Positions 57,945-64,000 of a DNA stretch of 64,000 nucleotides are shown one piece after another. Source of the DNA: Phoronis australis (taxonomy: Eukaryota; Animalia; Phoronida). The notes under the pieces were generated by a model. It did no database searches and was not told the origin of the DNA. It saw only the letters and a program-made list of their open reading frames with translations. The first letter of the stretch is position 1. Every line of letters starts with the position of its first letter. Position numbers and translations under genes: made by a program. The stretch is from the NCBI GenBank assembly GCA_002633005.1, contig NMRA01000219.1, forward strand, positions 243,236 through 307,235, given 5' to 3'.

Positions 57945-60900
57945 AAAATCATGTAATTATCGATTCCTTACTAGGAAAATAAACCTGAATTAACAATGGC
58001 TTCACTCTTTTCACTTGGCATTTTTTCAGTTTCATTGTTTGAACGCTTTTTATGAATTGAAAACGTCGCGAATCCTGGATTCTCCCCTGCTGTAACATCT
58101 TACAGCAGGGGATGATCCAGGATTTTGAGTTAGGGGGTAGGGGCAAGGGCAGACTATTTTGCCCGTCAAGCATTAGCACCCCCAAGCTGCCAAATAGAAT
58201 CTGGGAGAATTTTAGGCAGGGCCATGGCCCTCTTGCCGCCCCCCCCCCCTTCCCCCTANNNNNNNNNNNNNNNNNNNNNNNNNNNNNNNNNNNNNNNNNN
58301 NNNNNNNNNNNAATTTCCACCACTTCGCAGCCTACACAGTATTCATCCCCTAGAACACCACAATTTTCAACCCTCCAGGTAGCCACGTTTCTCAAGCTCA
58401 CACCCCTCACCTCGTTGACATACTAATTTTTTTCTTCCCCATTTCCCCTTTTGAGGTGGGACCCCGCCCACACAACTTGAGGGTCCTAAGCCATTCAGAT
58501 CACCTTGGGTATATTCGGGGCCTCAAATTTCTCATTGGAGGTGAATTTAACCTGCGTGATTATCAAACTTAGTGGAGAATGATTGGCCATAAAGTTCGAG
58601 CATGCACTGAAAACATTAACTTCCAAGGGCATCCAGAACACCTCGGGTGTTTTTGTAACCTCAAATTTCACCTGTTGAAGTAATAAGTGAATGCTGTCTG
58701 CATGTGTGCGGACTTCAGTTTGCCTATTATTGTCAAAATTGAAAATCACGTGACTTGCCATATTTTGGATAACGTTCATCTCCGAGAGGAGATTTGAGGC
58801 TACGAAAATACCTGAAGTGTTTCTAAGAAAAATTTGTAAATGTAAATAGGAAAATAGCCAAGGTGCTCCAGGTGTTCCAAAGGTAAATTTGTAGCTACGA
58901 AAATACCCGAGGGGTGTTCCAAATGGGCCCTAACCTTTAGTTGTGTGCATAATCGAGTACTAGAAGAATCTCCACCCACTTAGACAGTGGCTAAAAATCA
59001 TTGTTTGTGGTCCGAGGTTTAGACTTCAATAAAATTGTAGCCTAATTTTTCAAATGCGCAATCTTTTTATAAGAGCTAATGCTAACAACTGAATCCTTTC
59101 GTAATAATTCTTGGACAGCTGTCTTTTTCACCCATTAAGCTTGAAGAAGTCGGCTCAGAGATTCCTGTTGTCAAAAATGAGTCTGGTGTCCATGGTTTTA
59201 AAAATACAGGTATCGAATTAAAACCCGTTTTGCAGTAGGAAAAGGGTACCATTTGCAGTGTTTTTAACTTTCAGAGTGAAACCCGTTGTATTCATGGGAA
59301 AAAAGTTTGATTTGGTAGGGATTTTTTCAAGCACCATTTTGAAGAGAAATTGTTTGAGAAAAATCACCCAGTTTAATGTCGTGTGTTGTATAAACCTGTG
59401 GGAGTACCCCCTTGGAATGGTTTTAAGAGGGTACTCTGAAAGCCCAAGGATGGTGGAATGAACACTATCCCTATACCTAACAATGTGTGTTAGAGATCTT
59501 GGAAAGTACAAGCACAGTTGTTGATTTCAGAATGTGCTTTTCAGATGGTGTCTTGTAGCTTCCAGATTTCCTTCGATTTAAATCCCTTTAAGTTGCCATA
59601 AATGTGTCTTATGTGAAAAACAATAAATTTTGATCTGAACAACTTACCACTATATACAGGAATTGAAATGACTATAAGAAGAAAATTTTCCAGGTCATTT
59701 ATCATTTCATAAATAGGCTTGTGTGATAAAAATATTTTTGTGTTGTAAAATTAAACTGAAATAAATGTTTTTGCATGAGTCAAGCCAAAAAATGATGATA
59801 AAAAAGAAGCTGGAAATCAAATAAAAGGAAATAAAAACAAACAAGGAAAATTCCAAGCCTTGTATATATTCCTGTCTCAACTTGTTCCTTAGTGGACTTG
59901 GAAGAATTCAAACTTTGTTATTGCTCAAAGCCATGGTTATTGCACTAGGTCTTAAGCAATAACAAACTATCCCTCCAGCCGAAGCCAATATACCATATGT
60001 AATCTCAGTAAGGAACAGTATAAGATCAAGAGTCTAATCACGAGCACACACATGAAGATTGACATCAGACACTAGTATCCAAATCCAATGTCAATCTTCA
60101 TGTGAGTGCTTGTGATTTTTGCTACTAATTTGGCCAAAAACAACATTGTTTGTACCAGACAAATCTTATGTTCTTACATGACGGTTCTGAAAGAGTTTGG
60201 GTAAATAGCAGCTTGAAAAATGGTACAATTTGTGGATAAGGAATGTCAAAAGGGTTCATTTTTTCAACACAGTTTAGTACTTGGAGGCACTGCATGAAAA
60301 GGGGACAGGGACAGGGAAGCTAGGCAAGAACAAAACTGGAATGAGTTTCTATCAGGGGAAGGGTTTGCAATGAGGAGGGGATAGCCCTGTTGTGTGCCCA
60401 CGACTGTTAATGCCCAGTCATAGTACTTCAGTCTATCGCTAAACTAAACCATATATTTGTAATCAATACATCAGCAAAATAAAGTTCCCGATGGTTAGAT
60501 AAATTTCTTGGCATGTTGTGTGTTTTGTAGCTTATGAGTATACTATTTCTAGGAACACATTAATGATGTCAATGTGAGGGTGTTTGCCAGTGCGAATGTT
60601 CTGAAGCATTTCACACTGCCCAACTCTTGCCACGAGGAGGCCCCCTCAGTAAGAGTCAAGTTTGTAATTTTGAAAAACTGTTCGAAAAGACCGAAATGTT
60701 GACTAAAATCACTGCTGTATTATGTAGATCATAACCACAAGAATGAAACACTAGCATGTTGCTCAAAACACTGAGCAAAACATAATGGTAATAGTAACAT
60801 ACAGGGCACCCTCACTTTGAGAACCAGTGTTTTCTACTGTATAACAGGAACCTGTTTTTCACTGAATAGCAGGCGTTAAAACTTGTTCTCAAAATTTGGA

Positions 60901-63850
60901 TTGCCAGTGAGTGACTATTGCCTGGATAACAATCCAACCCAAGTAACGCACAAGAAACCGTCATTTTTGGTTTAGTGACAGAACTTAAAATCTTTGAAGT
61001 ACCCTGAGTTCCCAATTTTGAAATGTGAGATGTTTTTGCAACTAGTAGTCATTTTAACGAACCAGGTTTTTAAAGTTCGCTTGCATACAATGTCTAACTC
61101 ATGGATGCTTTGATTACAGCGAAACTTAGTAGTTTCAGAATGTTTAAGAATCAGGTTCTGAGATCTTGTTTTGCAATTAGACTGAAATTAATAGATGATT
61201 GTTGCAAACTATACAACACTTGACATCATGTGCTTATTGATGGCAATTGATGATCCCAGCATTAGAGTCAAGAGATCGAGTAAAAGGTTTTGCTAGAAAT
61301 CTTGACTTTTTACTCAAATTTTAGCTCGAATCTAGTGGTCATTAAGTACTATCTTGATCTCCCAAGAAAGTGTCCAGACTAGAAGTGACAAAAACAATTT
61401 CAAGTTCGATTTGGATTGAAAGTTTCACTCTGGAGGTGTATTCCCAAAACATGATCACATAATCCCTTTTCAGGGTTTTAAATCAATCCATACAAGACTG
61501 GGGTGGAATCTGTTCAACCCAAAAAGCATTTAAATGCTATGTGGAGAATAATAAAACATCAGTACTAAACTGTGTTCAAAAAATGAACCCTATTGAAGTT
61601 CCTTAGCCACAAATTGTACCATTTTTCTAGCTGCTATTAGCCCAACCTCTTTTTAAAATCGTCATGGAACAATATAAGATTGGTCTGGTACAAACAATGT
61701 TGTTTTTGGCCAAATTAGTAGCAAAAATCACAAGCACTCACAAGATTGGCATTGGATTTGGATACTAGTGTCTGATGTCACTCTTCATGTGTGCGCTCGT
61801 GATTAGACTCTTGATCTCCTACTGTTCCTTACTGAGATCACATGTGGTATATTGGCTTTCGGTTGAACTGATAGTTTGTTATTGCTGAAGACCTGGTGCA
61901 ATAACCATGGCTTTGAGCAATTATAATAAAGTTTGAATTCTTCCAAGTCCACTAAGGAACAAGTTGAGACAGGGATTTATACAGGGCTTGGAATTTTCCT
62001 TTTTTGTTTATATTTCCTCTTATTCGATTTCCAGCTTCTTTTTTATCATCATTTTTGGCTAACTTGATTCATGCAAAAACATTTATTTCAGTTTAATTTT
62101 ACAACACAAATATATTTCTATCACACAAGCCTATTTGTGAAATGACAGATCACCTGAAAAATTTTCTTCTTATAGTCATTCCAATTCCTGTATATAGTGG
62201 TGAGTTGTTCAGATCAAAATTTATTCTTTTTCACATAAGACGCATTTATAGCTAGAAGCTAGAAGACACTATCTGATAAGCGCATTCTGAAATAACAATT
62301 GTGCTTGTACTTTCCAAGATGTTCAACACACATTGTTAGGTATAGGTGTAGGGTTCATTCCACCATCCTTGGGCTTTCAGAGTACCCTCCTAAAACCATT
62401 CCAAGGGGGTACTCCCACAAGTTTATACAAGAAACGACACTCAACTGGGTGATTTTTCTCAAACAATTTCTCTTCAAAATGGTGCTTGAAAAAATCCCTA
62501 CCAAAGCAACCTTTTTCCCATGAATACAACGGGTTTCACTCTGGAAGTTAAAAACACTGCAAATGTTACCTTTTTCCTAGCAAATGGGGTTTTAATACGA
62601 TACCTGTATTTTTAAAACCTTGGATACCATACTCATTTTTGACAACAGGAATCTCTGTGCCGACTTCTTCAAGCTGAATGGGTGAAAAAGACAGCTGTCC
62701 AAGAATTACTATGAAAGGATTCAGTTGTTAGCATTAGCTCTTATAAAAAGATTGTGCATTTGAAACATTAGGCTACAATTTTATTGAAGTCCAAATCTCG
62801 GACCACAAACATAATGTTTTTTTAGCCACTGTCTAAATGGGTGGAGATTCTTCTAGTACCAGATATGCACAAAACTAAAGGTTAGGGCCCATTTGGAACA
62901 CCTCTCAGGTATTTTCATAGCTCAAATTTACCCTCGGAACATCTGGAGCACCTCGGCTATTTTCCTATTTACATGTACAAATTTTTCATAGAAACACTTC
63001 AGTTATTTTCGTAGCCTCAAATATCCTCTCGTCGGAGATGAATGTTATCCAAAATATGGCAAGTCACGTTATTTTCTATCTTGACAATAATAGGCAAACT
63101 GAAGTCTGCACACATGCAGAGAGCGTTCATCTATTCGGTGAAATTTGAGGTTACGAAAACACCCGAGGTGTTCTGGATGCCCTTGGAAGTTAATGTTTTC
63201 AGTGCATGCTCGAACTTTATGGCCAATCATTCTCCACTAAGTTCGATAATCACGCAGGTTAAATTCACCTCCAATGCGAAGTTTGAGGCCCCGAATATAC
63301 CCAAGGTGATCTGAATGGCTTAGGACCCTCAAGTTGTGTGGGGTCCCAACTAAAAAAGGGAAATGGGGAAGAAAAAATTAGCATGTCAACGAGGTGAGGG
63401 GTGTAGCTTGAGAATTTTGGCTACCTGGAGGGTCGAAAATTGTGTTGTTCTAGGAGTTGAAGACTGTGTAGGCTGCGAAGTGGTGGAAATTGGGTGCCAG
63501 CAGTGCCTACTGTAACACTGTACAAAGTCGGATAGGGGGAAAGGGGGGGGGGTGGCAAGGGGGCCATGGCCCTGCCCAATTCTTCCAGATTCCATTTTGC
63601 AGTTTGTGGGTGCAAATGTCTGACGGGCAAAATACTCTGCCCTTGCCCCACCCCCCTCCCCCTAACTCAAAATCCTGGATCATCCCCTGCTGTAAGATCT
63701 TACTAGCATGGGAGGATCCAGGATTTCGGCATGTTTTCAATTCATAAAAACCGTTCAAAAATGAAACTGAAAAATGCCAAGTGAAAAGAGTGAAGCCATT
63801 GTTAATTCAGGTTTATTTTCCTAATAAGTAATCGATAATTACATGATTTT
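57945..63850. mobile_element. 5.9-kb foldback / giant inverted repeat (arms 57945-60281 and 61561-63850, 1.28-kb spacer)
   Basis: Arms align in reverse complement wherever spot-checked, from the outer to the inner ends; mirrored ORFs (58495-58779 vs 63042-63314, 59218-59511 vs 62299-62523); no credible protein. Confidence 0.92.
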
Positions 63851-64000
63851 GCTTCAGTTATTTGGTAATATCACAATATATAAACAGCTACCTCACCAGA
63901 GTTCCCCCCGACCGCAAGCGCGATCCAGTCGCAAAATAACTTTACTCTAGGGACACCTAGCGACCTGATAACGTAATACCGGATGTCAGCATGCGCAGAG

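Noticed and set aside
58495-63314. Mirrored ORFs in the giant inverted repeat as conserved genes
   Set aside because: Conservation reflects DNA-level arm identity; no domain features, and the frames break differently in the two arms.

Overview
Eukaryotic, intron-rich, transposon-dense animal DNA (probably a marine invertebrate; the species cannot be determined from sequence alone). I assembled by hand a complete + strand SAMHD1 gene (SAM plus HD-domain dNTP triphosphohydrolase, ATG 15351 to TGA 39400, 15 coding exons, 640 aa, splice phases all consistent). Its most striking feature is a tandemly duplicated 92-nt exon (9a 31395-31486, 9b 32578-32669). Both copies are intact, they are diverged, and they can only be used mutually exclusively. 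The exon encodes the helix carrying catalytic-pocket, allosteric-site-2 and tetramer-interface residues, so this is a candidate splicing switch for dNTPase specificity or regulation. An 'n' at 32353 between the copies leaves a mis-join of two paralogs as an alternative explanation. The window also holds the first coding exon of a tandem SAMHD1-like paralog (53046-53202), a secreted NtA/TIMP-fold-like protein gene on the - strand (1734-2306), two Penelope relics with hammerhead-ribozyme motifs, LINE RT relics and Ngaro/DIRS-type SGNH relics. It further contains many MITEs, a 5.9-kb foldback with 2.3-kb arms, and two probable haplotype-overlap assembly duplications. Human SAMHD1 residue numbers and exon sizes are quoted from memory and should be verified by alignment.
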